Origin: an uncultured bacterium
GTDB taxonomy: Bacteria; Bacillota; Clostridia; Oscillospirales; CAG-272
DNA: 64,000 nt
Reading direction: 5' to 3'
Assembly: GCA_949282345.1 (NCBI GenBank)
Contig: CASDOQ010000025.1
Location: forward strand, 86,894-150,893
The notes under the pieces were generated by a model. That model saw only the letters and a list, made by a program, of their open reading frames with translations, was not told the origin of the DNA and did not search any database. Position numbers and translations under genes: made by a program. Position 1 is the stretch's first letter. Every line of letters starts with the position of its first letter. Shown piece by piece: positions 33,543 through 43,784 of the stretch.

Positions 33543-34145
33543 TCAGAGGGTAACTCCGAGACGAGGAAGCGTAAGCGTGCGAAGTTTTTCGGTATCCCCG
33601 TCGAACAGGATCCCGTGAATGCCGAGGGCGCAGGCGGCATCTACATTGCAGGGGCGGTCATCCAGAAAAACGCTTTCCGACGGCATGGCGCAAAAGCGGG
33701 CGAGCGCCGTGCGGTAGATCGAGAGATTCGGCTTTTCATCCAGCACCGTGCCCGAGATCAGGATCCCGTCAAAATACTGCGTGACCGAAAAATATCCGAT
33801 CATATCCGCAAAGCAGCCCGGCGCATTGGAAAGAACGAAGAGACGATACCCCGCCGCTTTGGCATCCCGGATCAATGCCTCGATCCCGGGGATATACGGC
33901 ATTTGGCGGTACCACCCTTCAAAAAAGGCGTCGGCCGCCGCATGGAGCGAGGCAGGAAGCATGGCCTTTGCCGCCCGGATATAGTCGGGATATTCCGTGG
34001 TCCCGCGGTCAAGCGATTCCCAATCGTGATATACGGCGCGGAAGAGGATTTCCGCCTCCTCCCCGGTCGCGTAATGGGCGATCAGTTCCCGGGGGACATA
34101 CCGGCAGATCACATTTCCGAAGTCGAAGATCAGATTTTTTATCAT
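33543..34145 (-). CDS. HAD-family phosphatase
   Basis: IFDFGNV, LSN, EKP, FLDD. Confidence 0.88.
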   Translation of the reverse strand: MIKNLIFDFGNVICRYVPRELIAHYATGEEAEILFRAVYHDWESLDRGTTEYPDYIRAAKAMLPASLHAAADAFFEGWYRQMPYIPGIEALIRDAKAAGYRLFVLSNAPGCFADMIGYFSVTQYFDGILISGTVLDEKPNLSIYRTALARFCAMPSESVFLDDRPCNVDAACALGIHGILFDGDTEKLRTLTLPRLGVTL

Positions 34146-34201
34146 GCTGTTTTCCCTCCCGAAAAGCATCCGGGGCGCCTGATCGGCACCCCGGGATCGC
34201 T

Positions 34202-35422
34202 TCAACCGAGAATGAGTTTTTTGTAGGTCTTTTTCCCTTTGCGGAGCAAGACCCCGGCCGTCAGTTCTTCCCGCGTGAAGGTCTTTTTGATATCCGTGAC
34301 CTTCTCACCGTTGGCCATGACACCGCCCTGTTCCACCGCGCGGCGTGCCTCGGAGCGCGAGGCCGTCATCCCGGCGGCGCAAAGAAGAGCGAGAATGTCG
34401 GGATCTCCATTGGCAAAGAGGCTCTCTTCCGCCGGAACCGAAGGCATCTCACCGGAATCCCCACTGCCGAACAGCGCACGGGAAGCCGCGCGGGCGGCCT
34501 CGGCCTCCGCTTCCCCGTGAACCAGTTTGGTCAGTTCATAGGCGAGGATATCCTTTGCTTCGTTCAGGCGGCTGCCTTCCCACGTATCCATCTTATCGAT
34601 CTCTTCAAGCGGGAGGAAGGTCAGCATACGGATGCATTTGAGAACGTCCGCATCGCCGACGTTCCGCCAGTATTGATAAAATTCAAAAGGAGAGGTCTTG
34701 TTGGGGTCAAGCCAGACAGCTCCGGAGGCGGTCTTGCCCATCTTCTTTCCTTCCGAATTCAAAAGGAGCGTGATCGTCATGGCGTACGCATCCTTACCCA
34801 GTTTGCGGCGGATCAGCTCGGTCCCCCCCAGCATATTCGACCACTGATCATCTCCGCCGAACTGCATATTGCAGCCGTATGTCTTGTAGAGATGATAGAA
34901 GTCGTAGCTCTGCATGATCATGTAGTTGAATTCCAGAAAAGAAAGCCCCTTTTCCATCCGCTGACGGTAGCATTCCGCCGTCAGCATCCGATTGACCGAG
35001 AAGCAAGCCCCGACCTCCCGGAGCAGATCAATGTAATTCAGAGGGAGCAACCAGTCGGCATTGTTGACCATCATGGCCTTGCCTTCTCCGAACTCGATGA
35101 ATCGGCTCATCTGTTTCCGGAAGCAGTCGCAGTTATGTTGGATCGTCTCGGGAGTCATCATCGAACGCATATCGCTTCGCCCGGAGGGGTCTCCGATATA
35201 TCCCGTCCCGCCGCCGATCAGCACGATAGGGCGATTTCCTGCCATCTGGAGCCGCTTCATCAGGCACAGAGCCATAAAATGCCCGACGTGGAGGCTGTCC
35301 GCCGTCGGGTCAAACCCGATATAGAAGATGGCCTTCCCTTCGTTGATCAGATCGCGGATCTCGCTTTCATCGGTCACCTGCGCGATCAATCCGCGTGCGA
35401 CCAGTTCTTCGTATATTTTCAT
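34202..35422 (-). CDS. tyrS: tyrosine--tRNA ligase
   Basis: GFDPTADSLHVGH, QFGGDDQW, KMGKT, C-terminal S4 domain. Confidence 0.97.
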   Translation of the reverse strand: MKIYEELVARGLIAQVTDESEIRDLINEGKAIFYIGFDPTADSLHVGHFMALCLMKRLQMAGNRPIVLIGGGTGYIGDPSGRSDMRSMMTPETIQHNCDCFRKQMSRFIEFGEGKAMMVNNADWLLPLNYIDLLREVGACFSVNRMLTAECYRQRMEKGLSFLEFNYMIMQSYDFYHLYKTYGCNMQFGGDDQWSNMLGGTELIRRKLGKDAYAMTITLLLNSEGKKMGKTASGAVWLDPNKTSPFEFYQYWRNVGDADVLKCIRMLTFLPLEEIDKMDTWEGSRLNEAKDILAYELTKLVHGEAEAEAARAASRALFGSGDSGEMPSVPAEESLFANGDPDILALLCAAGMTASRSEARRAVEQGGVMANGEKVTDIKKTFTREELTAGVLLRKGKKTYKKLILG

Positions 35423-35500
35423 TTTATATCCTTCCTCGGCTTTGCCGTATTCGTGTTTTCATCATGATTCCCGTTCTGGTAGCGGTGTCCCTGTCGGGAA

Positions 35501-36259
35501 TCAAAGGACAGTGATCCCGCAGGAGTGATAATACCCGGTCTCGATCCCCGGGAACCATACGGGCAGGCACTCCGCCCACATTTTCGGTAAAAGAGCCTCC
35601 GTATAAAAATGTCCGGCCTCTATCATGGCCATCCCCGACTCGGTCGCCTCATTGACGCTCTCATAGGAGAGCCGGCCGGAAAGATAGACGTCGGCACCGG
35701 CAGCACGCGCCGCTTCGATTTCATCTTTTCCGCTCCCGCCGAGCACCGCCACACGGCGAACCGGCTTTTCCTCTCCCGCGCATAACACAGCCGGGCAGGA
35801 GAGCGCCGCCCGCACAAGATCCGCAAAGGCGAAAAGCGGGAGAGCCTCAGGCAAATTACCTATACGCCCCACTCCTTCCGCAAACGGCGAAAGTTCCGAA
35901 AGACCTAAGGCCTCAGCCAAAAGATCGTTCACGCCGCCCTCCGCGGCATCCGCCCGGGTATGAAAGGAGAGCACGCTGATCCCCGCGCTGACGAGCGCAA
36001 GGAGGCGTCTCCCCGTTACCGTGGCGGGGGTCACACTTCCGGCCGAATGAAAAAGAAGCGGATGGTGGGAGAGGATCACGTCGTACCCCTCCAGACGGGC
36101 ATACTCGATGCAAGCCCCCGTCACATCCAATGTACAAAGAACGCGCCGCGCCGGCGCATCGGCATCGGGACAGACCATCAATCCGTCGTTATCCCATCCG
36201 GCACGCAGCTCGGGCGGATAGCGACGGGAGAGTTCCCGGTAAAGCTCATTGACCGTCAT
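35501..36259 (-). CDS. Nif3-like dinuclear metal-centre protein
   Basis: WDNDGL, HHPLLF, HTRAD, GHFYTE. Confidence 0.9.
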   Translation of the reverse strand: MTVNELYRELSRRYPPELRAGWDNDGLMVCPDADAPARRVLCTLDVTGACIEYARLEGYDVILSHHPLLFHSAGSVTPATVTGRRLLALVSAGISVLSFHTRADAAEGGVNDLLAEALGLSELSPFAEGVGRIGNLPEALPLFAFADLVRAALSCPAVLCAGEEKPVRRVAVLGGSGKDEIEAARAAGADVYLSGRLSYESVNEATESGMAMIEAGHFYTEALLPKMWAECLPVWFPGIETGYYHSCGITVL

Positions 36260-36971
36260 GCAGGATCCTCGCTTCCTCCGCGTCAAGCGCGGCAAGATAG
36301 GCTTTTTCCTCTGCGGTATCACGCCCGCCGGCCTGCCGCCCCCGGAGCCTCGCAAGAGACGCCTGCCGCAGACGCGAAAGTTCCAAAAGATACGCGGCCC
36401 GCTCTTCTTCACCCCTGACCGTAGGCCGGCCGAGCAGCAGTTCTTCCCGGCTTATTTCTGCCGCCCCCCCGGAAAAGGAAGCGCAGAGGAGACGGTAGAT
36501 CCGCCCGGCGGAGAGCACGATGCGTTCGGATTCCACGAAAAATTTTTCTTCATACAGATAGCGCCGCAGAACCTCGGGGCGGCTCATCGGTTGCAGGATG
36601 AGCCGGATCTCCGGGTTGCGGACGAAGGGGGCCGCCGCAAGGATCGAAGCGATCATCTCGCCCCCCATCCCGCATATGGCGACGTCGGTCAGGCCGAATT
36701 GCTCCATGCCCCGAAGTCCGTCGGTCAGCAAAAAAGTGATCTGATCGCTTTTTCCCGCGGCCATGGCGTTCCGCCGGGCGCGGGAGAGCGGCCCCTCCGC
36801 CACGTCGGAGGCAACGGCGCGGCCGATACGCCCGACCGAAAGCAGATAGAGCGGGAGGTAGGCATGATCGGTCCCCACGTCGGCAAAGACCGCCCCCTCC
36901 CGCACGAATTCGGCCGCCGCCCGCAAACGGGCATCCGGCAAGGGGCCTCTTCCGCCGTTTGGCTCACTCAC
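36246..36971 (-). CDS. trmK: tRNA (adenine22-N1)-methyltransferase
   Basis: ADVGTDHAYLP, ICGMGG, LILQPM; adjacent to Nif3. Confidence 0.9.
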   Translation of the reverse strand: MSEPNGGRGPLPDARLRAAAEFVREGAVFADVGTDHAYLPLYLLSVGRIGRAVASDVAEGPLSRARRNAMAAGKSDQITFLLTDGLRGMEQFGLTDVAICGMGGEMIASILAAAPFVRNPEIRLILQPMSRPEVLRRYLYEEKFFVESERIVLSAGRIYRLLCASFSGGAAEISREELLLGRPTVRGEEERAAYLLELSRLRQASLARLRGRQAGGRDTAEEKAYLAALDAEEARILHDGQ

Positions 36972-37161
36972 CAAGGAACTGATTCAGCTTCCGTACCAGC
37001 TCATCGACATCCTGACCGTGGACGGCACAGGCCTCCTCCACGCTCTCCATGCGCGAGACCGGGCAGTCAAAGCAGTGCATCCCGATGGCGGAAAAGATCT
37101 CTTTCGTCCCTTCGTTGAAATCGATGATATCCCCGATAACAGTGTCTTTCGTTACTTTCAT
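36964..37161 (-). CDS. DUF1858 small Cys-containing protein
   Basis: GMHCFDCPVSRMESVEEACAVHG. Confidence 0.85.
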   Translation of the reverse strand: MKVTKDTVIGDIIDFNEGTKEIFSAIGMHCFDCPVSRMESVEEACAVHGQDVDELVRKLNQFLGE

Positions 37162-37344
37162 GATACAACCTCACTATTTTAGTATTATACGGAATTATTG
37201 TACCATAGTTTCCGAAAAAGTCAAGGCACGGCAAAAATATTTTCCTTCTGTCTTTACAAATCGCGGGAAAATGTGGTATACTATTGACTGATACAGAGTG
37301 CCCGGCACGCCGGGAGAACCAACACCCGAACGGAGGAACTACTT

Positions 37345-38454
37345 TTGATTATAGCCTTAGAGGAGGCAAAACGCCGCCTGAATGATATTTCCGGTACCGT
37401 CCGCGATCTGCGCGCGGCCATCCGCTATGACAACATGAAGGAAAAGATTGCAGAACTGGAGGCCAGCACGCTGGCGGACAACTTCTGGAACGACGCGGAC
37501 AAAAGCAGTAAGGTTCTGCAAAGCATCAAACAGATGAAGGACAAATGCGAAGCTTACGACAAACTTTCCTCGTCTCTCGAAGATGCGCTGACGCTGGCGG
37601 AAATGGCCATCGAAGAAGAGGACGAGGGATCCGTGGAGGAGGTCACGCGCGAGCTGGCCTTCGTGGAAGCTGAAAGCGAACGGATGCGGCTGGAGACCCT
37701 GCTGACCGGCGAATATGACAGGAACAACGCCATTCTCTCCTTCCATCCCGGGGCCGGCGGCACCGAGGCGCAGGACTGGGCGCTGATGCTCTATCGGATG
37801 TATACCCGTTGGGGAGAAAAACACGGCTATACCGTGAAGCTTCTTGACTGGTTGGACGGGGACGAGGCCGGGCTGAAAAGCGCGACGATCTCGATAGAAG
37901 GTGAAAACGCTTACGGCTATCTGAAAAGCGAAAACGGCGTTCACCGGTTGGTGCGCGTTTCTCCCTTTGACGCTTCCGGGCGGCGGCATACCTCGTTTGC
38001 CTCCGTGGAAGTCATGCCGGAATTCAACGATGACGACAACACCATCGAATTGCGCGACGAAGACCTTGAGATCACGGCCCACCGTTCCAGCGGCGCCGGC
38101 GGTCAGCATATCAACAAGACCGACTCCGCCATCCGGATCGTCCATATCCCGACGGGGATCGTCGTCGGCTGTCAGACCGAGCGGAGCCAGCTTCAAAACA
38201 AAGAGACGGCTCTTAAAATGCTGAAATCTCGGTTGATGGAGATCAAAGCGCGTGAAAAACTCGATCGGATCGAGGATATCCAAGGGGTCAAGACCAATAT
38301 CGAATGGGGCGCACAGATACGCAGTTACGTTTTTATGCCTTATACCCTGGCCAAAGACGCCCGCACGGGATATGAAGAAACCAATATCGGGGCCGTCATG
38401 GACGGGGAGATCGACGGTTTCATCAACGCATATCTGAAGCAGAACGCAAATTGA
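37345..38454 (+). CDS. prfB: peptide chain release factor 2
   Basis: SPF tripeptide, GGQ, GAGGTEAQDW; TTG start with GGAGG RBS; single continuous ORF. Confidence 0.96.
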   Translation: MIIALEEAKRRLNDISGTVRDLRAAIRYDNMKEKIAELEASTLADNFWNDADKSSKVLQSIKQMKDKCEAYDKLSSSLEDALTLAEMAIEEEDEGSVEEVTRELAFVEAESERMRLETLLTGEYDRNNAILSFHPGAGGTEAQDWALMLYRMYTRWGEKHGYTVKLLDWLDGDEAGLKSATISIEGENAYGYLKSENGVHRLVRVSPFDASGRRHTSFASVEVMPEFNDDDNTIELRDEDLEITAHRSSGAGGQHINKTDSAIRIVHIPTGIVVGCQTERSQLQNKETALKMLKSRLMEIKAREKLDRIEDIQGVKTNIEWGAQIRSYVFMPYTLAKDARTGYEETNIGAVMDGEIDGFINAYLKQNAN

Positions 38455-38518
38455 CCCCGCCGCGCCGGGGCAATATCTTCCCCAAAATACCGAAGGAAAA
38501 TACAGAAAGGAGTTTCCC

Positions 38519-38893
38519 ATGCTAAAAAAATCCAAACTGATGGTCTCGATCGCCATGCTGGTGCAGTCCTTTACGCTCTTCGTGCTTTTCCTGATCCTCT
38601 GCGTAAAGAAAAAGAGCATCGCCGCCGCCTGCCTTGCCGTCTCCGCCATGGAGGGAGCCACGGGCGCCTACCTCTTCTTTCAGGCGAAGGAAGAACTGGA
38701 AAAGAACGACTTTGATCCGAGCGACTACCTGGATGACGATCTGTATTCCGAAGAGGAAGAAGAGCCGCTCGATCTGAACGAAAGCAGTCTGAACGCCGAA
38801 CTCTACCGCGATGCGGATGAGCCGGAGGAACCCGTCAAAAAAGAGATCCCGCTGGATGACAACGCCAGCGAAGAAGAGTTCAGAAACCGCTGA
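38519..38893 (+). CDS. small membrane protein with acidic tail
   Basis: Two hydrophobic segments then a D/E-rich C-terminus; RBS AAGGAG. Confidence 0.75.
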   Translation: MLKKSKLMVSIAMLVQSFTLFVLFLILCVKKKSIAAACLAVSAMEGATGAYLFFQAKEELEKNDFDPSDYLDDDLYSEEEEEPLDLNESSLNAELYRDADEPEEPVKKEIPLDDNASEEEFRNR

Positions 38894-38896
38894 CCG

Positions 38897-38930
38897 AAAA
38901 GGGGCTGTCGCTGAGGCAACAGCCCCTTTC
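38897..38930 (+). terminator. hairpin/terminator
   Basis: GAAAAGGGGCTGTCGC...GCAACAGCCCCTTTC. Confidence 0.65.
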
Positions 38931-38992
38931 AGCACGTGCCCCGTTCCGCGGATTTTCAAAACGGTCCGATGACCGAACCTTCGGAGGATCAC

Positions 38993-39850
38993 ATGAGCGA
39001 AAGACTGGTTTTTGAATCGAACAATTTTTTCTCCCCGCATCTGGCTGCATTTTTTAAGTATCAGAGCCGCAATGCGACATCCGGACAGCCTTTCAGTTAC
39101 ATCAACTGGCACGAAGCGGTCGAGTTCCTCTACATTATTTCCGGGGAACTTTGCCTCTTGTACGGCGACCACACCGAAACCGCCAAAGCGGGACAGATCA
39201 TCGCGGTCAACCCGTATATTCTTCACAGCACGAGTTGCCTGGAGGAGACGGATTTTTTCTTCATCAAGATCTATCCGCCCTTTTTCGACGAATGCGGGCT
39301 GGATTTCACCACGCTCGGCTTTACCCCCTTGATCGACGACCCCGAAGCTACCTCGATCTTCCAAGAACTTTACAGGCTGAGCCGGGAAACCGAAGATGCG
39401 TTTTTTCTTCCCCGCTTCAAGGGATTGCTTCTCTGCCTTGTCGGCCTCCTCTGTAAACGCCACCGGGGAGATCCGACCGTCTCGGCGCCGATCCTTCCCA
39501 ACCGCCGTCGTCTGAATATGGCCGTCCCGGCACTCACCTATATCCACACGCACTTCACCGAGAAGATACAGATCCGCCAGGTGGCCGAAGCCGCCCATAT
39601 CAGCGAATCGCATCTGCTCCACGTTTTTCGTCAGGTGACCGGCATGAGCGTGCTTCAGTACGTCAATCATCTGCGCTTTCTCTACGCCCACACCCTGTTT
39701 CTGACGCGGGGCATCCCCGTCGGCGCGGTCTGCGCGGCCTGCGGCTTTGACAGCCCTTCCTACTTCACACGGGAATACAAAAAGCGCTTCGGCACTTCTC
39801 CGTCCGCGGACCGGCTGGCATCTGCCTCGCATAAAAGTCCCAAAAAATAA
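38993..39850 (+). CDS. AraC-family transcriptional regulator
   Basis: Cupin NWHEAVE; HTH CGFDSPSYFTREYKK. Confidence 0.9.
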   Translation: MSERLVFESNNFFSPHLAAFFKYQSRNATSGQPFSYINWHEAVEFLYIISGELCLLYGDHTETAKAGQIIAVNPYILHSTSCLEETDFFFIKIYPPFFDECGLDFTTLGFTPLIDDPEATSIFQELYRLSRETEDAFFLPRFKGLLLCLVGLLCKRHRGDPTVSAPILPNRRRLNMAVPALTYIHTHFTEKIQIRQVAEAAHISESHLLHVFRQVTGMSVLQYVNHLRFLYAHTLFLTRGIPVGAVCAACGFDSPSYFTREYKKRFGTSPSADRLASASHKSPKK

Positions 39851-39951
39851 AAGGAAAAGGCGGGAAATTCCCGCCTTTTTTTGATGCTTTCCGAGGTGCA
39901 TCGATAAAAATGTAAACAATACTATTCTTATACAAAGCCTGCGGAAGCGCT

Positions 39952-41706
39952 TCAATCGGCTTTTCGGTGCAGGCGGACTTCGGTAAAGGGAAAATCTCCG
40001 GAGGTATCTCCGCTCCGGCGGAGAAAGATCCTGTACTCCCCCGGGGCAGGGATCCTGAATTCGCCGGCGGCATTTGCCACGCGAAGATTTTCGGCGTGCT
40101 CACCGCTCAACGAAAAACGGTATTTTTCGTTTTCCAGATCCACCTTGTTCTCCTGCCTGCCAAGCGTAAGATAGAGATCGGACGTGTTCCCTCGGGTGGG
40201 GATATGCAGAACCTCCGCTTCATAGACACCCGCCTTTGTAACGGTAAACTTCCACGAAAGGGCGTCGTTTATATCCCCCCAGAAGTGTGCCGCGCTGTTC
40301 CGGGAGATCTCCAGACCGGTTTTCCCGTAATCGGGAGCGAAAAGATCGCAGTCAAAATGCATCCGGCGCGCCGGCTCCCGCTTCACGGCATTTTCTTTTA
40401 TCGCCCAAAAGATGCCCAGGGAAATCTCCCCGTCCGCTTCATTGATCTCTTCGGAGATCATCGGCGGGGAGGAAAAATGCAGGACGCATACCGGCACGGG
40501 AAGATCGGTCTTCGGCAAAAGGACCTTCAGACAATTGCCTTCCCGGAAAAAGTCCGCTTTTCCCACTCCGAGGACCTCTGCGCTCTCGGGCAGACTCTCA
40601 AGGCCCGGCAGAGTGACACGCTCGGTTCCCTCTGCCGTAACGTACAGATACAGATCATTCCCCCGGCGCGAAACATGGCCGAACGGAAACATATACGGGA
40701 AGGGATTCCCAGTAATATCGCCGTACACGGCCGGGGCGTTCCGCTTTGTCCATTCGCCCATCTGCCGGAGGATATTCACGGTTTCCTCGGTCATGGAGCC
40801 ATCCTTTTTCGGACCGATATTCAAAAGCAGGGTCGAATCGCAGGCCAGCGTTCCGGAAAGGACTCCGATCAGTTTTTCCGGCGTTTTCCAGCAGTCGTCG
40901 TCCCGCCGGTATCCCCACGTATTGTTCATGGTCACGAGGCATTCCATCGGGATCCCCGTCGGAGCCGTAGGCAGGACGTTATCGCCCAGGGAACAGTAAT
41001 CGTAAGCACTGTGCGCGATCCGATAATTGATCAGACAATGGGGTTGTATACTCTTGACCAGTGCCCGCAGTTCATAGCTCTGCTCACGCGTGATATCATG
41101 GGGAAAATCAAACCATATCAGGCAAAGGTCACCGTAGCGGGTCAGCAGTTCCTTCACCTGCGGGAAGCATTTCTCCCGCAGGTATTTGGAGAAATCGGGC
41201 TTGTGATCCGGGAAGTCCCAGAAATTGTTATTGTGTGCCTCACGTCCGCCCTCGGAGTAACGCAAGCCGCCGGCGTCCTTCTCATACCAGTCGAGCGTGT
41301 GGGAATAGTAAAACCCGATCTTCAGGCCTGCACGGCGGCAGGCATCCGCCATCTCACGGCAAAGATCGCGCCCGGTATAGGTGTAGCTGTTGTAATCGGA
41401 AACGTCGCTCTTGAAGAGACAGAAGCCGTCGTGATGTTTGGAGGTCAGGACGATATACTTCATCCCGGCTTCCTTTGCCGCCGCCACGATCTTATCGGCA
41501 AAATCGGGAGCGGGGCAAAATTCTCTCTTCCCCATTTCCGCATATTCGGCGATCGGGATCTCCGCGTTCCGCATGATCCATTCGCCAAGGCCGGTTCCCT
41601 CCTTCACGGCTCTCCCGTGGTAAAAGCCCTCGAAGGCACTGTATATCCCGTAATGGATAAACATCCCGAACCGGTCGTCGAGCATCTCTCTGAATTCCCG
41701 TATCAT
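39952..41706 (-). CDS. GH29 alpha-L-fucosidase
   Basis: FGMFIHYG, TSKHHDGF, IWFD nucleophile, LLNIGP. Confidence 0.9.
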   Translation of the reverse strand: MIREFREMLDDRFGMFIHYGIYSAFEGFYHGRAVKEGTGLGEWIMRNAEIPIAEYAEMGKREFCPAPDFADKIVAAAKEAGMKYIVLTSKHHDGFCLFKSDVSDYNSYTYTGRDLCREMADACRRAGLKIGFYYSHTLDWYEKDAGGLRYSEGGREAHNNNFWDFPDHKPDFSKYLREKCFPQVKELLTRYGDLCLIWFDFPHDITREQSYELRALVKSIQPHCLINYRIAHSAYDYCSLGDNVLPTAPTGIPMECLVTMNNTWGYRRDDDCWKTPEKLIGVLSGTLACDSTLLLNIGPKKDGSMTEETVNILRQMGEWTKRNAPAVYGDITGNPFPYMFPFGHVSRRGNDLYLYVTAEGTERVTLPGLESLPESAEVLGVGKADFFREGNCLKVLLPKTDLPVPVCVLHFSSPPMISEEINEADGEISLGIFWAIKENAVKREPARRMHFDCDLFAPDYGKTGLEISRNSAAHFWGDINDALSWKFTVTKAGVYEAEVLHIPTRGNTSDLYLTLGRQENKVDLENEKYRFSLSGEHAENLRVANAAGEFRIPAPGEYRIFLRRSGDTSGDFPFTEVRLHRKAD

Positions 41707-41883
41707 GATCCTCCCTCCGCTTATGCCGGAAATGAAAGGGCCGGCGCCCCGTTTTTGCGTGTTTCTACGCCAATAGTATACCCCCGGGAAGAAGGACTGT
41801 CAATATTCAAAAGAGACAAAAAGTTATCATTTTTTGATTTTAAACAAAGAAAAAAAGAAAACTATGGCGGCCATCCGGCCGCC

Positions 41884-42657
41884 TCAGAACTCCCTGCGAA
41901 TCTTTTCGATCGCCCCTTTTTCAAGCCGGGAGACCTGCGCCTGAGAAATGCCGATCTCCTCGGCGATCTCCATCTGCGTCCGCCCTGCGTAGAAGCGGCG
42001 TTCCACGATATAGCGCTCTCTCTCCCCCAGTTTTTTCATGGCTTCCCGGAGGGACAGATTTTCAATCCAGCTGTCCTCGGTCGCTTCATTATCCTTCAAC
42101 TGGTCAATGACGTAGACCGCGTCGTCTCCGTCGCTGTAAACCGACTCGTAAAGAGAAACCGGCTCCACGATCGCCTCCATAGCACGGCCGACCGCCTCCT
42201 TTTTTTCTCCGAGGGCGGCGGCGATCTCCTCGGTCCCCGGCTCCCGGCTCTCACGACGCAGGATCTCTTCCCGCACTCCGAGAGAACGGTAGGCCAAATC
42301 ACGCATGGAACGGCTGACGCGGATCGGGTTATTGTCGCGCAGATATCGCCGAACTTCTCCGATGATCATCGGAACGGCATAAGTCGAAAACTTTACGTCC
42401 AGTTCTGTATTGAAGTTATCAATCGCTTTGATCAAACCGATACATCCCACCTGGAAGAGATCATCCGCATTTTCGTGTCGGGAGGAAAAACGCTGTACGA
42501 TCGACAATACCAAACGCAGATTCCCGAGAATCAACTCCTTCCTGGCCTCCCTGTCGCCGCTTCTCGAAAGTATCAGTAATTCACGCTTTTCTTCATCGGT
42601 CAGTGTTTTCAGCCGCGACGTGTTCACGCCGCAGATCTCTACCTTATGGGTATACAA
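41884..42657 (-). CDS. sigG: sporulation sigma factor G
   Basis: KVEICGVNTS N-terminus, DLFQVGCIGL, FSTYAVPMIIGE, SQAQVSRLEK. Confidence 0.9.
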   Translation of the reverse strand: MYTHKVEICGVNTSRLKTLTDEEKRELLILSRSGDREARKELILGNLRLVLSIVQRFSSRHENADDLFQVGCIGLIKAIDNFNTELDVKFSTYAVPMIIGEVRRYLRDNNPIRVSRSMRDLAYRSLGVREEILRRESREPGTEEIAAALGEKKEAVGRAMEAIVEPVSLYESVYSDGDDAVYVIDQLKDNEATEDSWIENLSLREAMKKLGERERYIVERRFYAGRTQMEIAEEIGISQAQVSRLEKGAIEKIRREF

Positions 42658-42687
42658 CGCTCCACCGCCTTTTCTTGTTTCCTCCTG

Positions 42688-42717
42688 AGTATTGTCCTCC
42701 GCCCCCCCGGCTTATGC
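42688..42717 (-). promoter_or_regulatory. putative sigma-F/G-type promoter of sigG
   Basis: GCATA-N15-GGACAATACT on the minus strand. Confidence 0.45.
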
Positions 42718-42939
42718 GAAAGAGGAAATGGGAATTTTTACTGCACACGTATTTTTCCCCGGCAGGGAAAATTGGTGGTTGACAGAAAATGCGAGAACGT
42801 GTATAATATTGTATCGTATTATTTTTATTCTTTTACTTTTCGATTTTTTGTTTTTGTTTTTCGATTTTTCCTTCAGCATTTCGTTCGCGTTACGCCCGTT
42901 TCCGGGCGACGCTTACATTTCCGGATAAAGGAGCATACC

Positions 42940-43773
42940 GTGGACTTTAAAATTGCGCTTGCCGGCGACCTTGGAAGTGGAAAAAGCACCGTTGCCGCTC
43001 TTCTTTCCCAAAAAACGGGAGCGGAGATCTACTCGACCGGCCGGATCTGCCGTGCCCTGGCCGAACAAAAAGGCCTGCCCATTGACCGCTTCAACGTATA
43101 CATGGAGACTCACCCGGAGGTAGACCGGGAAATCGACGACGGGCTGATCGCCCTCTCGGCGAGAAAAGGAAAGCTGATCATCGACTCCCGCATGGCGTGG
43201 CACTTCGTGACCGGTTGCTTCTCGGTATATCTTTCGACCGACCCCCGCATTTCCGCAGAGCGCATTCTGAAAGATCAGCGTTCCGGCGAAAGTTTTTCCA
43301 CCGTGGAGGAAGCCATGGAGCGCATCGCGGCCCGCCGGGACAGTGAGGACAAGCGCTACTATGAGAAATACGGCGTGCGCATCAAAGATATGCGTAGTTA
43401 CGATTTCGTATTGGATACCACGTATATTTCTCCCGAAGTGGTGTCAGACGAGATCCTGCGTGCGCTGAAACTATATATCGCGGGAGATTCTGGGCGGGAA
43501 GCGCGCATTTCCGCAGAGCGTATTTTCTACAGACCAGACGCCGTGCAGATGGATCTGCTCTCCGGGCGGCGGGCGGAGCTACGTATGAATGCTCCCGTCC
43601 CTCTTCCCACGGTTACCGAAAAGGGCGGGCGCTACTATCTGACGGGTTCAGCTGAAGCGGCACTCGCCTATACGGTACACGGGGTACGCCTGCTCCCCTG
43701 CCGGATCGACCCCTGCCCGCCCGATCTCCCCTCCGACGGGTACTACCCCCTCACAGAATTTTCCCATATTTGA
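42940..43773 (+). CDS. cytidylate kinase-like (archaeal-type) P-loop kinase with C-terminal extension
   Basis: GDLGSGKST, DSRMAWHF, RYYEKYG; GTG start after AAGGAG. Confidence 0.8.
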   Translation: MDFKIALAGDLGSGKSTVAALLSQKTGAEIYSTGRICRALAEQKGLPIDRFNVYMETHPEVDREIDDGLIALSARKGKLIIDSRMAWHFVTGCFSVYLSTDPRISAERILKDQRSGESFSTVEEAMERIAARRDSEDKRYYEKYGVRIKDMRSYDFVLDTTYISPEVVSDEILRALKLYIAGDSGREARISAERIFYRPDAVQMDLLSGRRAELRMNAPVPLPTVTEKGGRYYLTGSAEAALAYTVHGVRLLPCRIDPCPPDLPSDGYYPLTEFSHI

Positions 43774-43784
43774 AAGAGGAAGAC

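Noticed and set aside
35423-35500. T-box before tyrS (and before argS)
   Set aside because: Intergenic space too short and no T-box motif seen
39967-42579. 870-aa plus-strand ORF
   Set aside because: Antisense to the fucosidase and sigG; no recognisable domain or RBS
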